A DNA stretch of 55,205 bases, from the IMG/VR virus record IMGVR_UViG_3300003660_000066, positions 1-55,205 of that record, one strand, 5' to 3'. The notes below the pieces were generated by a model. That model searched no databases, was not told the origin of the DNA, and saw nothing but the letters and a program-made list of their open reading frames with translations. The translations under genes were made by a program, and so were the position numbers. The stretch's first letter is position 1. Each line of letters begins with the position of its first letter. This document shows, piece by piece, positions 27,006 to 36,330 of this stretch. The DNA is from a virus (taxonomy: Duplodnaviria; Caudoviricetes).

Positions 27006-28612
27006 GCAGCGGCGCTCTCATCCTTATCGTCTGAGTCTGGCTCGGCCGCCGTCGCGCCGCCGGCGCCGAACACGCGCTGCGGCAATCCGAGACGATCGCG
27101 CTCGCGGGCTTCGCGCGCCTGCTGGACCAGATTTTCCTTCCAGTCCATGCCTTGCTCCGCCGCCTCGCGCTCGTCGGTCGAGACGCCAATCTGCAGGCGC
27201 TTCTCGGCCGCCTGCGCTTCCTTGTAGGGATCGACCCATCCGCGGCCCGGTCCGATCCAGTCGGCCTGGCAATAGGCGGTCTTCGCCTCGTAAAAACTCG
27301 GAGCGCCGGGCGGCAGACGGATGTCGCCCTTGTCGATCGCCTCCTCGAGCACCGCCGCATAGATCGGCTGGGCGTATTGAAAGGCGAAATTGTCCTTGCG
27401 CGCCGTGAAGCCGCGCCAGATCTCGATCAGCGCGGCGCGCGCTGACGAATAATTGACCTGGCTCCAATCCATCGACAGCTGCTCATAGGAGACGCCGATC
27501 GCCGTCGCGATATTGCGCAGCACGGCGCGCTCATAGGCCTCAAAGACGCTGTTCGGATGGTTGGGGTTGGTGAGCTTGACGTCCTCGCCCGGCGACAGGA
27601 AGTTCACCTTCACGCCGGGCAGAGAGATCGGCATTTCCTTATGTGCGTCGATTCTGCATTGCTGATAGGCGGAAATCATCGTGACGTCGCCTTCGCCCAT
27701 CGCGGCGGCGAGCTGCTCGTGATCAAAGGGAGACGTCACGAAGGCAGCCAGCACCGCGTTCAGGATCGCCGCCTGCAACTCCGCTTCGTCATAGCGGCCG
27801 ATCATGCGGATCTTCTTCAGGATCGGCGCGAGCGGCGAGACGCCGCGAAACTGTCCCGCAGCTTCCGGCTCAAAGGCGTGCACGACCTGCGGACGACCCC
27901 AATCCGTGCGCCGCGCGACATATTCCCAGCGATAGTCGCGGATGTCGTTGAGCGCGGCCTCGCCCGGGTGCGACGCGCGAAACCAGTAGCCCTGCGGCGC
28001 ACCGCGGCGATCGAGCGCGACGCCGCTGCGCAGATAGGTCGTGTCGGCGGAGCCGTTGGGATTCGACAGGCGGTCGGGGTGAATGACCTGCACCGCGGTT
28101 GAATAGGCGTAGCTGCGCTCGATCCAGTCGAGATGCGCGATGGCTTCGCCGTCCCAGATGCGGTGACGAAAGCCGAGCGCGAGCAGCCCGCCGAAATTGA
28201 GCCTGCCGGACGCGTCGCAACTCGCGTCGACGTCATCGGCCCAGATCTTCCAATGCGCTTCGAACTGATCGGCGAGCTCGAACGCCGCGTCGTCGGTAAT
28301 CCCCAGCGCCTTAGCGTTCGGTTTCGAGGCGAGACGCCAGCCGGAGCCGATGATCGAATCGACGATGCGGGCGACGCCGCCCGACGCCCAGCCGTCATTG
28401 CGCGCAAGATCATGGATGCGCGCGGCGAGATTGTCGCGGTCGGAGGCGATAGCCGCCTGCGGCGAGGGATTGCGCGTCGACCAGGTCGAGAGATCTGGAT
28501 CGGACAGCGACGCGCCGTGATAGGCGCGCGCATAGGCGCCGGCGCGGGGGCGCTTAAGCGGCGCGGAGGCGATCGGACGCGCGTCGGGGCCGAGGAGAAC
28601 GGGAAGAGTCAT
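27002..28612 (-). CDS. Portal protein, lambda gpB family
   Basis: ARIHDLARND, SQVNYSSARAAL, GRGWVDPYKE motifs. Confidence 0.95.
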   Translation of the reverse strand: MTLPVLLGPDARPIASAPLKRPRAGAYARAYHGASLSDPDLSTWSTRNPSPQAAIASDRDNLAARIHDLARNDGWASGGVARIVDSIIGSGWRLASKPNAKALGITDDAAFELADQFEAHWKIWADDVDASCDASGRLNFGGLLALGFRHRIWDGEAIAHLDWIERSYAYSTAVQVIHPDRLSNPNGSADTTYLRSGVALDRRGAPQGYWFRASHPGEAALNDIRDYRWEYVARRTDWGRPQVVHAFEPEAAGQFRGVSPLAPILKKIRMIGRYDEAELQAAILNAVLAAFVTSPFDHEQLAAAMGEGDVTMISAYQQCRIDAHKEMPISLPGVKVNFLSPGEDVKLTNPNHPNSVFEAYERAVLRNIATAIGVSYEQLSMDWSQVNYSSARAALIEIWRGFTARKDNFAFQYAQPIYAAVLEEAIDKGDIRLPPGAPSFYEAKTAYCQADWIGPGRGWVDPYKEAQAAEKRLQIGVSTDEREAAEQGMDWKENLVQQAREARERDRLGLPQRVFGAGGATAAEPDSDDKDESAAA

Positions 28613-28840
28613 TTAGAAGGCGACGCGCCGCGCGCGGATCCGACCGCCGGCGACGCCGGTGAGCGTCGCGATCTGACCCTTGAGATCGTTGATATAGGCG
28701 AGAAGCGCTTCGGGTTTGTTGAAGCGCATGGCCTCGCCGAGACCGTGACGGATCTCGACGACGAGCTTGCCGATCATCATCTTGTGATAGGCGGCCTCGG
28801 CCTCGGCGAGGCGCGCCTGCAGCGTCGCAAGATCGGTCAT
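28613..28840 (-). CDS. gpW-like head completion protein
   Basis: MTDLATLQARLAEAEAAYHKMMIG...LLAYINDLK; ATGA-coupled to the terminase. Confidence 0.85.
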   Translation of the reverse strand: MTDLATLQARLAEAEAAYHKMMIGKLVVEIRHGLGEAMRFNKPEALLAYINDLKGQIATLTGVAGGRIRARRVAF

Positions 28841-30786
28841 TGCTTGCTTCCGGTGAAGGCGCGGGCGAGGCCCGCGAACGAACTTTGCGGCCGCGCGGGC
28901 GGCTTGTTCGCAGACGGCTGTGCAGTAGCGCCGGCGCCATCCATTTCGAGATCGAGCTGCTCTTCCTGGAGCGGGCCGCCGCGCTCGGATTCGTATCGAT
29001 CCCAGGCCGCCGGCGGCATGTCGCGCACGCCGAATTTGATCGCGACCGCTTCCGCCTGGCACATGGTGTCCAGCGCTTCATTGCGCTGATCGCTGTCCTT
29101 GACCCACTCGTAGCGGCCGAATCCCGCCTTGTTCTTTTTCTCGACGCGGCGCTCGGCCGTCAGTTCCTTGAAATAATCGTCGCCCATGCCGCCCGGCAGG
29201 CCGACGAAGCCGCGCTTCAACGGATCGTCGATCGGCAATTGCCGGTAGAGCGACCATTTCAGGATCGAGGTCGCAAAATTGTAGAAGCGGCTCGAATATT
29301 TCAGGAGCTTGCCAGTTCGACGGTTGCGCTCTTTCTTCACCCGAGCGATGAGCGGCTTGTCGTCGCCGTCGACGCCGCGCAGCATCACCACTTTCGAGAC
29401 GGGATGGCGCTTAGCCCATTCCCAAACCGACTCGGTCCAGGCGTTGCCGTCGATCCCGAGACTGTCGACGCCGATCATGCGGCCAGATTCATGTCGCCAT
29501 TTCGAGGCGAGCAGATCGTCGAGCTTTTTGTGCGTCGCCTCATCGGTGATCGCCCCGTCGATGCGGCGATAATCGATGACGTGCCGGCGTCCGTCGCGGG
29601 TCCAGGCGACCGCCTGCCAAGCGAGCCAGCCGTCCTGCACGTCGAGGCCGATCGTGACGATGAGGCCGGAGGCCGGGATGGTCGCGCGCGCATGGCCGAG
29701 CGCTTCGGCCCTGTCGCGCAGCCCTTCCCACGGCGGCGCCTCGCCCTTGACGCGATAGGCGCGGCCCGCCGTGTCGTTGTAGAAGACCTTTTCCTTGTCG
29801 GGCGAGCCGCGCGCCGCGAGCCATTCGCGGGCGATGCGCTCGAAACTCTGCAGGCGCGAATAGGCCGACCAGAGATGAAAGCTGCGGTGCTCGCGCAGCG
29901 CCTTGGGGTTGCGCGCCCGCCATGTCCCGCGCCGGATCATCTCGGCGCGGTAGTGCTCGTGAATCAAGCCGCCGCATTCGACGCAGGAGAAGCAGCTCTT
30001 TTCCGGCGCGTCCTCGTCGATATTGGCGATGAAGTTCTCGACCTCGAGCGTCTGCTCGTGGCCGCAATGCGGGCAGGGAACGTAGTAATATTCCTGACTG
30101 CCCGCCTCGAAATTCGCGGTGATGCGGCAGCCCGGCGCCACCAGCGGCGTGCTGATCTTGAAGATCTTCGCGAATTCGAAGCCGCGCGAGCGGGAATCGG
30201 CCTGGTTTTCAGGATCGCCTGCCGGGTTCGTCTCCCATTTGGCGAGATCGTCCTGCACCTGGCGGCGCATCGAGACTTGCGACAGCGACGACGGCGAATT
30301 GGCGCCGGAGATGAGGATCGAGCCGCGCCCGTCGGCGCGCTCCTTGAACAGCACCGAATCCGAGCCGTCGCGGCTCTTTTCCGGGAAGATTTCGCGCAGT
30401 TTCGGCGACGTGCGCAGCATGGCCGCGAGCTTCAGCTTCGACCAGCGCCGCGCGTTGTCTTCGGTCGGATGGACATAGAGAAAATCGCAGGGATCGAGGT
30501 CCTGCGAACCGAGCGTGAAGACGTTGGCGAGGATCGTGCCGCCGAGCTGCGCCGATTTGCAGAAGCTGACGACGCGGCACGGATCATCTGGCCCGAGCGC
30601 GCGATAGATTTCCGAGAAAAACGGAAAGAGGTCAGGATTGAACGGGCCGGGGAACTGCGACTCGCGGTCCGTAAAGCTGATGTTCTTCGTCGCCCAGGCT
30701 TCGAAGTCGACGGGCGGCGGCGGTTCGATCACCGCGGCGAAGGCCTGATAGGCGAGCCGCCGCGAATTAGCGAGAGCGATCGTCAC
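28837..30786 (-). CDS. Terminase large subunit, lambda gpA family
   Basis: KSAQLGGT Walker A, ISTP, VPCPHCG, GLDVQD, RNEALD motifs. Confidence 0.96.
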   Translation of the reverse strand: MTIALANSRRLAYQAFAAVIEPPPPVDFEAWATKNISFTDRESQFPGPFNPDLFPFFSEIYRALGPDDPCRVVSFCKSAQLGGTILANVFTLGSQDLDPCDFLYVHPTEDNARRWSKLKLAAMLRTSPKLREIFPEKSRDGSDSVLFKERADGRGSILISGANSPSSLSQVSMRRQVQDDLAKWETNPAGDPENQADSRSRGFEFAKIFKISTPLVAPGCRITANFEAGSQEYYYVPCPHCGHEQTLEVENFIANIDEDAPEKSCFSCVECGGLIHEHYRAEMIRRGTWRARNPKALREHRSFHLWSAYSRLQSFERIAREWLAARGSPDKEKVFYNDTAGRAYRVKGEAPPWEGLRDRAEALGHARATIPASGLIVTIGLDVQDGWLAWQAVAWTRDGRRHVIDYRRIDGAITDEATHKKLDDLLASKWRHESGRMIGVDSLGIDGNAWTESVWEWAKRHPVSKVVMLRGVDGDDKPLIARVKKERNRRTGKLLKYSSRFYNFATSILKWSLYRQLPIDDPLKRGFVGLPGGMGDDYFKELTAERRVEKKNKAGFGRYEWVKDSDQRNEALDTMCQAEAVAIKFGVRDMPPAAWDRYESERGGPLQEEQLDLEMDGAGATAQPSANKPPARPQSSFAGLARAFTGSKQ

Positions 30787-31442
30787 GAGGCCGGCGTTTC
30801 GTTCGGATCGTCGACGGTTTCCGCCTCTGCGGCGGCGAGCTCGGCAAACTCAGCGGCGACGCGGGCGCGGATCTTGCGGAACTCGGCGCGCAGCAGATGC
30901 GTCACGTCGCGGGCGGGCAGTTGCCACTTCGCCGCGATCGCGGCGGCGAGATCAGGAACGGCGCCGTCGAAAGAGGCGACGAGTTGCGCGGCGGCGCGGA
31001 GGGCGTCGTCGCGCGCGTCGGCGGCGATGATGTAGACGCCGCGCGAGAGGCGGTCCTGCTCCTCGGCGCGCGCGGTGGCGAGCTGCGCCTGGCGGAGCTT
31101 CTCGCGCTTGATCTGCTCTTCGACAGAGAGTTCTAAGGGCTCGCTGCGCGCCGGCGCGGGCGCTGCGGATCGAGCAGAAGACGGCGTTGGATCTGCAGGC
31201 GACTCTTCGAGGAGGTCCAGCTTCGTGGAGATGCCGTTGAGGCCAAAGCGCTGGCTCGGGTCCAGGCTTTCCTTGAGGTGCCGCGTCGCGATCTCGACGT
31301 TGATCTTTGCGCTGCGGCCTTCACCGACGAGAGCTTCCGGCTTGATCTTTCCTTCCGCCAGCCACTGCGAAACGCGTCCCGGCGAAACGCCGCGCAGCGC
31401 AGCGAACTCAGACTTTCCGACGACCTGCGCGGATTGCAGCAT
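30783..31442 (-). CDS. Terminase small subunit
   Basis: N-terminal HTH (KSEFAALRGVSPGRVSQW) and coiled coil; overlaps the TerL start. Confidence 0.85.
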   Translation of the reverse strand: MLQSAQVVGKSEFAALRGVSPGRVSQWLAEGKIKPEALVGEGRSAKINVEIATRHLKESLDPSQRFGLNGISTKLDLLEESPADPTPSSARSAAPAPARSEPLELSVEEQIKREKLRQAQLATARAEEQDRLSRGVYIIAADARDDALRAAAQLVASFDGAVPDLAAAIAAKWQLPARDVTHLLRAEFRKIRARVAAEFAELAAAEAETVDDPNETPAS

Positions 31443-31452
31443 AAAACAACTC

Positions 31453-31557
31453 TTTAGCCTCCATTTTTAGGGGCTTTTTTAGGCTTCAGAAACGACTGCG
31501 ACTGCCGGAATCCCGGGGCGCGGCGGCCCGCAGGCGGAGGGGGATGGGGAAGGACCC
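31453..31557 (-). other. Putative cos packaging site (cosQ/cosN/cosB-like)
   Basis: Minus-strand GGGTCCT (lambda cosQ sequence) at 31557-31551, GC-rich GGGCCGCCGCGCC ~22 nt later, then three CTAAA repeats before terS. Confidence 0.6.
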
Positions 31558-31566
31558 GCGAGCCCG

Positions 31567-32109
31567 TCATCCGATCTGTCGCAGCAGCCATTTCTCGACC
31601 GCCGGACCGAGCATCTCCTGGCTCACGCGGTAGAAAGTCGCCTCTGCCTCATCCTTCACCATCTCCTTGGGGATGTTCGGCCCCCAGAGCTTCTTGATCG
31701 GCAGCCGCGCCGCGCCTTGGCGCACGTAGACATGCCCACCAGGCCCGAGAAAGGTGTGTGGGAAGACCCGACGCTTCGCCCAGGGCCGCGCCGATACGCC
31801 TTTCTTCCCCTGCTTGGGCGAGAATTCCTTGAGGCTGAGCGTCACATCCCGCGCGACAATCTGATACTCGCCGTTGCCAACGCCCATGGCCTGCCGCGAG
31901 ACGATCACGCCCTTCGCCTTGCCGTATTTGACGCCGGCTTGCTTGGCGACGGCGCGCGTGACCTGCGTCTTGGTCTTGTTGCCGACCTCGTCGATCGCCT
32001 TCGCGACGGCGTAGGGAGACTTCAGCCCCGCCTTTTCGAAGAGCTTCGAGATGTCCTTGTCGAAGCCGACCTTGACGACGACCGCACCGAACATGCGCGC
32101 CCCGATCAT
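31567..32109 (-). CDS. Lambda gpZ-like minor tail/morphogenesis protein
   Basis: Basic; GHVYVR...RLPIKKLWGPNIP motif. Confidence 0.6.
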   Translation of the reverse strand: MIGARMFGAVVVKVGFDKDISKLFEKAGLKSPYAVAKAIDEVGNKTKTQVTRAVAKQAGVKYGKAKGVIVSRQAMGVGNGEYQIVARDVTLSLKEFSPKQGKKGVSARPWAKRRVFPHTFLGPGGHVYVRQGAARLPIKKLWGPNIPKEMVKDEAEATFYRVSQEMLGPAVEKWLLRQIG

Positions 32110-32364
32110 TCGTCTGTCGTGAAAAGCTTCGCACTTCGCGCCAGGCGCGTTGGGCCTTGGCTGCGGAGTTACGCAATCGCGCTTCGGATGCGGAGCATAG
32201 CGCCCGCGCGATGCGTCCAGGTCTATTTGCGTGGCGACCCAGAGCCTATGGTTCGGCGTCTGTCCCGCTTTCCCTTCGGAGACCTCCGGCTTTCCGCCGG
32301 CGCCTGGCGCCCGGTTCTGCGGTAGCGCGTCGCGATAGAATCGACGCGCCGCCGAATATGTTTA

Positions 32365-32394
32365 GGGATACGGCTCACATGGCTAAAGAGTCAA
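32365..32394 (-). promoter_or_regulatory. Putative late promoter
   Basis: TTGACT-N18-TATCCC, followed by a ~250-nt structured leader. Confidence 0.45.
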
Positions 32395-32473
32395 CTCGCG
32401 ACTAAAATCAGTTGACCGGGTTGACGCCGAAGCCCTTTCGCGGCTTGGCCTCGCCTTGTGGACAAGACGCGCC

Positions 32474-33142
32474 TCACGCATGCGCCGGCGCTTTGCGCTT
32501 CTTCGCCGCGGCGACGCGCCCGACGCCCTTCTCCACCAGTTCGAGATGATCGAGCGGCACGACGAGCGGACCATTCCAGACGCCATCACGCGATTCGAGC
32601 CGAGCCGCCATGTTGGAAACCGACTTCACCACGCCGATCACGCCCGTCGCCGGCCCGACGGCGATGCGCACCTTGTCGGTCGGCGCAAAGCGTGCCTCAT
32701 CCTCGCCGCCGACCGACGCGAGACCCTTGCGATAGAACTCGACGAGCTCATTCGGCACGCTCGCCGGCTCTTCCGTTCCCGCCATGCAGACGAAACCAGC
32801 GACGCCTGGCGTATCGACAACCGCAGAGCGCAGGAAATTCGACATGACGTGATTCAAAAACACATAGCGACCGAAGATGGCGATCTTCTTTTCGGTCTTC
32901 ACGGGCTTCATCACGCCTTCGACCATCACCCGGCGCGTCACGACGACTTTTTCGACCGGGCGCCAGCACTCGAAGCCGGCCGAAACGAGCTTCAGGCAGA
33001 CATCGAAATCCTTGCCTTCCTTCGCTTCGACGACATACCACTGCGCCTCGCTGCGCCGGCGCTCGGCCCATCTCTTTCCAGCTTCGTTGAGCGGCTTCAT
33101 TGCCGCTGCGGATTGATCCTTGACCGCATCTTCGCCGACCAT
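32474..33142 (-). CDS. NusG-family paralogue (late antiterminator candidate)
   Basis: NGN motifs QWYVV, IFGRYVFL, TPGVAGFV; KOW-like DKVRIAVGPATG; sits in the Q position. Start at MVGED (GGAGA RBS). Confidence 0.85.
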   Translation of the reverse strand: MVGEDAVKDQSAAAMKPLNEAGKRWAERRRSEAQWYVVEAKEGKDFDVCLKLVSAGFECWRPVEKVVVTRRVMVEGVMKPVKTEKKIAIFGRYVFLNHVMSNFLRSAVVDTPGVAGFVCMAGTEEPASVPNELVEFYRKGLASVGGEDEARFAPTDKVRIAVGPATGVIGVVKSVSNMAARLESRDGVWNGPLVVPLDHLELVEKGVGRVAAAKKRKAPAHA

Positions 33143-33232
33143 GCGCGTTTTCTCCAGATGATCCTTTTGCGCTTCGCTCCGGGACAGCCCGACCGCTCGC
33201 GACATCGAAAAACGCAGCACGCAACCCGCAAC

Positions 33233-34378
33233 TCACGCCCTCGCTTGATCGCCCTCCGGACCGTCGCGCGGGGCGTCGGCATGCGCGGCGGAGGGCGGCC
33301 ATTCACTCGGCTTCACGACAGCCGCCTCCCAAAATCCAACCCGCTGAAACGCCAACGCGACGCCGTCGTAGCGCGCCCAGGCGGCGGCCTGCGGCGTGCC
33401 CTTGCGCACGACGATCCCGCCGTATTTCTGGCGCTGTAGCTCGTGCGTTTTGGCCTTGGCGGCGGCGAGCTGCTCGCGCTTCATTTCGAGTTTCGACTTC
33501 GCGCGCTCGGCTTCCCACGACTGCCAGCCCTTGCCGTCGAGCCACGTCCTGGCGTGCGCGATCTTGCGGTCGCGCCTGACGCAATCCTCGATGTAGCGCG
33601 GGCCGCAGGCCACAGCGGCGAGCTGCTCGTCGTTCGACAGCGCCATGAACGTCCGGCGGGCCTTTTCCGGCAGCTCGGTCGTGTCCCATGGCCATTCGCG
33701 GCGGAATTTCTCCCACCTCGTGAGCCGCGCGCCGTCTTCGTCGGCCTCGCCGCGTCCGCAGCGTCGACGGTTCGCCTCCGCCTCGCCGTTCGTTGTTCCG
33801 GAAAGCGAAGCTTTCTCCCCCTCTCCCTCCCCCCGGAGGGGGGGTAGGGGGGGATTGTTAAATACCGTTAGAGTCTGTTCTGTAGCCGCAGCAGTGCGGC
33901 TTGGTTCCGTCTCCCCTGCGGCTTGGTTCCGTTCTCCCTGCGGCCTGGACCAGGCCGCAGCCTGCGGCTTGGATGAATTAGAATCGGATCCATTCGTTCG
34001 TTCTGCCGAACGATCTGCGGTTTCCATTTCATCGTCGCTCTCTAGGGCGCTGATCTCACCATCCCATCCGTTCGCGCTCGCGTGCAGGCGCGCGCGCTCG
34101 TTGAGTAAAACGATGTATCGGTTCGAGATCTTGCAGCCATCGTCGCCGCGCCGTTTCATGACGTAGAGATAGCCGAGCGCGCAGAGATCCTTGACGCGCC
34201 GCTGCGTCGTGTCGCTGGAGACGTGCGCCTTACGCGCCAACGTTTCATGGCGCACGTCGCATTCGAAGTCTTTCTCCTCCCGCGCGGCGTCGGCGATCGC
34301 GAGCAGAACGAGCTTCGCGACTGGCGTCAGCCGCGCATCGTCGAGTTCGAACGCCCATGTGATCGCCTTGAGGCTCAT
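33233..34378 (-). CDS. Replication initiator (N-terminal winged helix)
   Basis: MSLKAITWA...AKLVLLAIAD...SNRY; central NPPLPP linker; internal iterons. Confidence 0.8.
   Translation of the reverse strand: MSLKAITWAFELDDARLTPVAKLVLLAIADAAREEKDFECDVRHETLARKAHVSSDTTQRRVKDLCALGYLYVMKRRGDDGCKISNRYIVLLNERARLHASANGWDGEISALESDDEMETADRSAERTNGSDSNSSKPQAAAWSRPQGERNQAAGETEPSRTAAATEQTLTVFNNPPLPPLRGEGEGEKASLSGTTNGEAEANRRRCGRGEADEDGARLTRWEKFRREWPWDTTELPEKARRTFMALSNDEQLAAVACGPRYIEDCVRRDRKIAHARTWLDGKGWQSWEAERAKSKLEMKREQLAAAKAKTHELQRQKYGGIVVRKGTPQAAAWARYDGVALAFQRVGFWEAAVVKPSEWPPSAAHADAPRDGPEGDQARA
33884..33972. repeat. Iterons of the putative phage origin
   Basis: TGCGGC(T/C)TGG at 33895, 33917, 33939 and 33963, plus inverted copies at 33884 and 33950, next to an AT-rich patch. 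Confidence 0.7.
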
Positions 34379-34395
34379 TGCGCAGCCGACCGTGA

Positions 34396-34746
34396 TCAGC
34401 ACTCGATGCCGGCGCGCTGCATCGCATCGCGCCAGGCAAATTCGTCGGCGAAAAACTCCTGCTCCAGCCGCGGGTCAGACACGATATCGAGCATTTTTTT
34501 ATTGATCGGCAAAACGACCATGAGGCGCGCGCCGTCGACGTGAAAGATCAGCTTGCGCGCGGCGAGCGCGAGCAGAATCGCTTTGAGGCGCTCCAGCGAC
34601 ATTTCAGCGCGGGCCGCGAGGCGATCAGGGTCTGGCCAGCAGTCGCAAAGTGGCCCCGCGATGTCGCCGAGCAATATCAAAACGAGTTTTTCCTCAGGAG
34701 ACCCTGCCGTCTGCTGTGAGGCCCATGCGGATGCTTCAAAGCTCAT
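34396..34746 (-). CDS. Winged-helix protein paralogous to the initiator N-terminus
   Basis: MSFEASAWA...KLVLILLGD...CWP...LAARAEMS. Confidence 0.7.
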   Translation of the reverse strand: MSFEASAWASQQTAGSPEEKLVLILLGDIAGPLCDCWPDPDRLAARAEMSLERLKAILLALAARKLIFHVDGARLMVVLPINKKMLDIVSDPRLEQEFFADEFAWRDAMQRAGIEC

Positions 34747-34982
34747 TTTACTCTCCTCAGATGCAAAGATTTCAGCGCCCGCGCGTTGAACGCCCGCCGG
34801 ATCGCATAGGTCAGCGCGATCGAGACGACCGTCATGATCGCCGTCGCGGTGAAATTCTCGCCGAGCGACATGGCGATCCCGAACACCGGAAAGACATAGG
34901 CGACGGCGAGCATGGACAGAGCGAAGCCGATCGCCGTGTTGGCGACGCTTTCGACGAGGCTATGCGCGCGCGATTGGCTCAC
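34743..34982 (-). CDS. Two-TM phage membrane protein
   Basis: GTG start; QSRAHSLVESVANTAIG...YAIRRAFN. Confidence 0.7.
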   Translation of the reverse strand: MSQSRAHSLVESVANTAIGFALSMLAVAYVFPVFGIAMSLGENFTATAIMTVVSIALTYAIRRAFNARALKSLHLRRVK

Positions 34983-35314
34983 TGCCGCACCTCCATGCCG
35001 CAGGCCTTCAGCGCACGCAGGAGAAGGTCGTAACAGCCGCGCCGCGTGCGGTGATGGCCTTCCGCGAGCGCGACGATCATCTCTTCGTCTTCTCCCGCAA
35101 GCGCGCGATTGATCGCTTCGCCGTCCGACGTCACACTCCCCTTGCGCCAGGCGGCGCGCAGCGCACCCGCAAAGGGCGGGCATTTCTTCATCACGACGGC
35201 GTAATCCGCCGTTCCGTTCGGATAGAGCTTAATCAGCGCCATCTCCATCAGGCCGATCGTGCGCTTCTTTTCCTCGCAGCCGCCCGGCAATATTTCGAAG
35301 GTCACGCGGAGCAT
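34979..35314 (-). CDS. Hypothetical protein
   Basis: MLRVTFEILPGG...YDLLLRALKACG; GAGG RBS; overlaps its neighbours. Confidence 0.7.
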   Translation of the reverse strand: MLRVTFEILPGGCEEKKRTIGLMEMALIKLYPNGTADYAVVMKKCPPFAGALRAAWRKGSVTSDGEAINRALAGEDEEMIVALAEGHHRTRRGCYDLLLRALKACGMEVRQ

Positions 35315-36330
35315 TCGGCTACCTCGCGACTCGCTTGCTCCGCCTCGTTCCCCCACGCGTCCCATCCCGGCCGCGGCGGACCGCGGCGGTTCAGTTCGAT
35401 CTTCGGCAGGTTGGGGAAATAGGCTTCGATCATTTCGGCGAAGACTTCCGGCTTTGCCGAATGTTCGCCGACGGGCGCTTCGATCAGCGATGGCCATTGA
35501 TCGCCCATGGCGGGTGCAGGGACATTGCCTCTTGTCCCGACCAGCAGGATCTCGCATTTGTCGCGAAACCAGTAGCCGGTGCCGAGCCTGTCCTTCGCCC
35601 AGACGCAGCGCGATTTATACTCAAAGCCCCAGGCCGACATCACCGCGAGCGCCTGCGGCAGCATGGGCTGCGTCGACCAGAGAAACAGCACGCAATCATC
35701 CGCTTCGATCGACGCGACGTCGCGCGCGCAAATGTCGGTCGCCGCGCTTGTCGGATAATGATTGTCTGCGGCGCGATCCATGCCGGTCTCGCGCGAATAG
35801 ACCTCGAAGCGCCATTCAGGGTCCGCGTAAATCACGCCGTATTTCTTGTCGGGCAGCGCGCGCTGCTTTTGCCCGATATCTGCCTCACGCGACGCTCGAC
35901 GCTCTTTCTTCTCGGCCTGCCTCTCGGCGCGGGTGGCTTCAACTGTTTTTCCGACCTCGCGGCTTGCCGCAGCTAGACGCTGTTCGAAAGCGACCTCTTC
36001 AAGCCTGGCAATTTGTTGCCAGCGGTGCGACTGGCTGTGCGAGACGCCGAGGTCAGCGAGTTTCAAACTTTCGTCACGCGAGTTTGATCGACGGTCCCCG
36101 CCTTGACCAAGTCGCTCGCCGCTCTCGCGTAGTTTTATGAGTAGCGCGCCTGCCTTTCGCTCAGCGCGCATGCGGATCTCGATCGCCCAGCGCAGGAATT
36201 CGTCATCCTTCGCTTGCCGCGCGTAAGCTTCAAAGGCTACCGCCTTGTCGCGGATCGACTTTACTTCATCGACGCTCTTCGCTTCGGCTAGGGCCGCTCG
36301 AGCAGCCTCGTATCGGACGAGTTGTTGCAT
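35302..36330 (-). CDS. MT-A70-family N6-adenine methyltransferase with a helical N-terminal domain
   Basis: YGVIYADPEW, LFLW, WGFEYKS, GTGYWFR, HSAKP, IELN motifs; TAATG coupling. Confidence 0.9.
   Translation of the reverse strand: MQQLVRYEAARAALAEAKSVDEVKSIRDKAVAFEAYARQAKDDEFLRWAIEIRMRAERKAGALLIKLRESGERLGQGGDRRSNSRDESLKLADLGVSHSQSHRWQQIARLEEVAFEQRLAAASREVGKTVEATRAERQAEKKERRASREADIGQKQRALPDKKYGVIYADPEWRFEVYSRETGMDRAADNHYPTSAATDICARDVASIEADDCVLFLWSTQPMLPQALAVMSAWGFEYKSRCVWAKDRLGTGYWFRDKCEILLVGTRGNVPAPAMGDQWPSLIEAPVGEHSAKPEVFAEMIEAYFPNLPKIELNRRGPPRPGWDAWGNEAEQASREVAECSA

Noticed and set aside
33854-33872. CtrA box near the origin (GTTAAATACCGTTAG)
   Set aside because: Spacing is 6 rather than 7 and the second half-site is imperfect.
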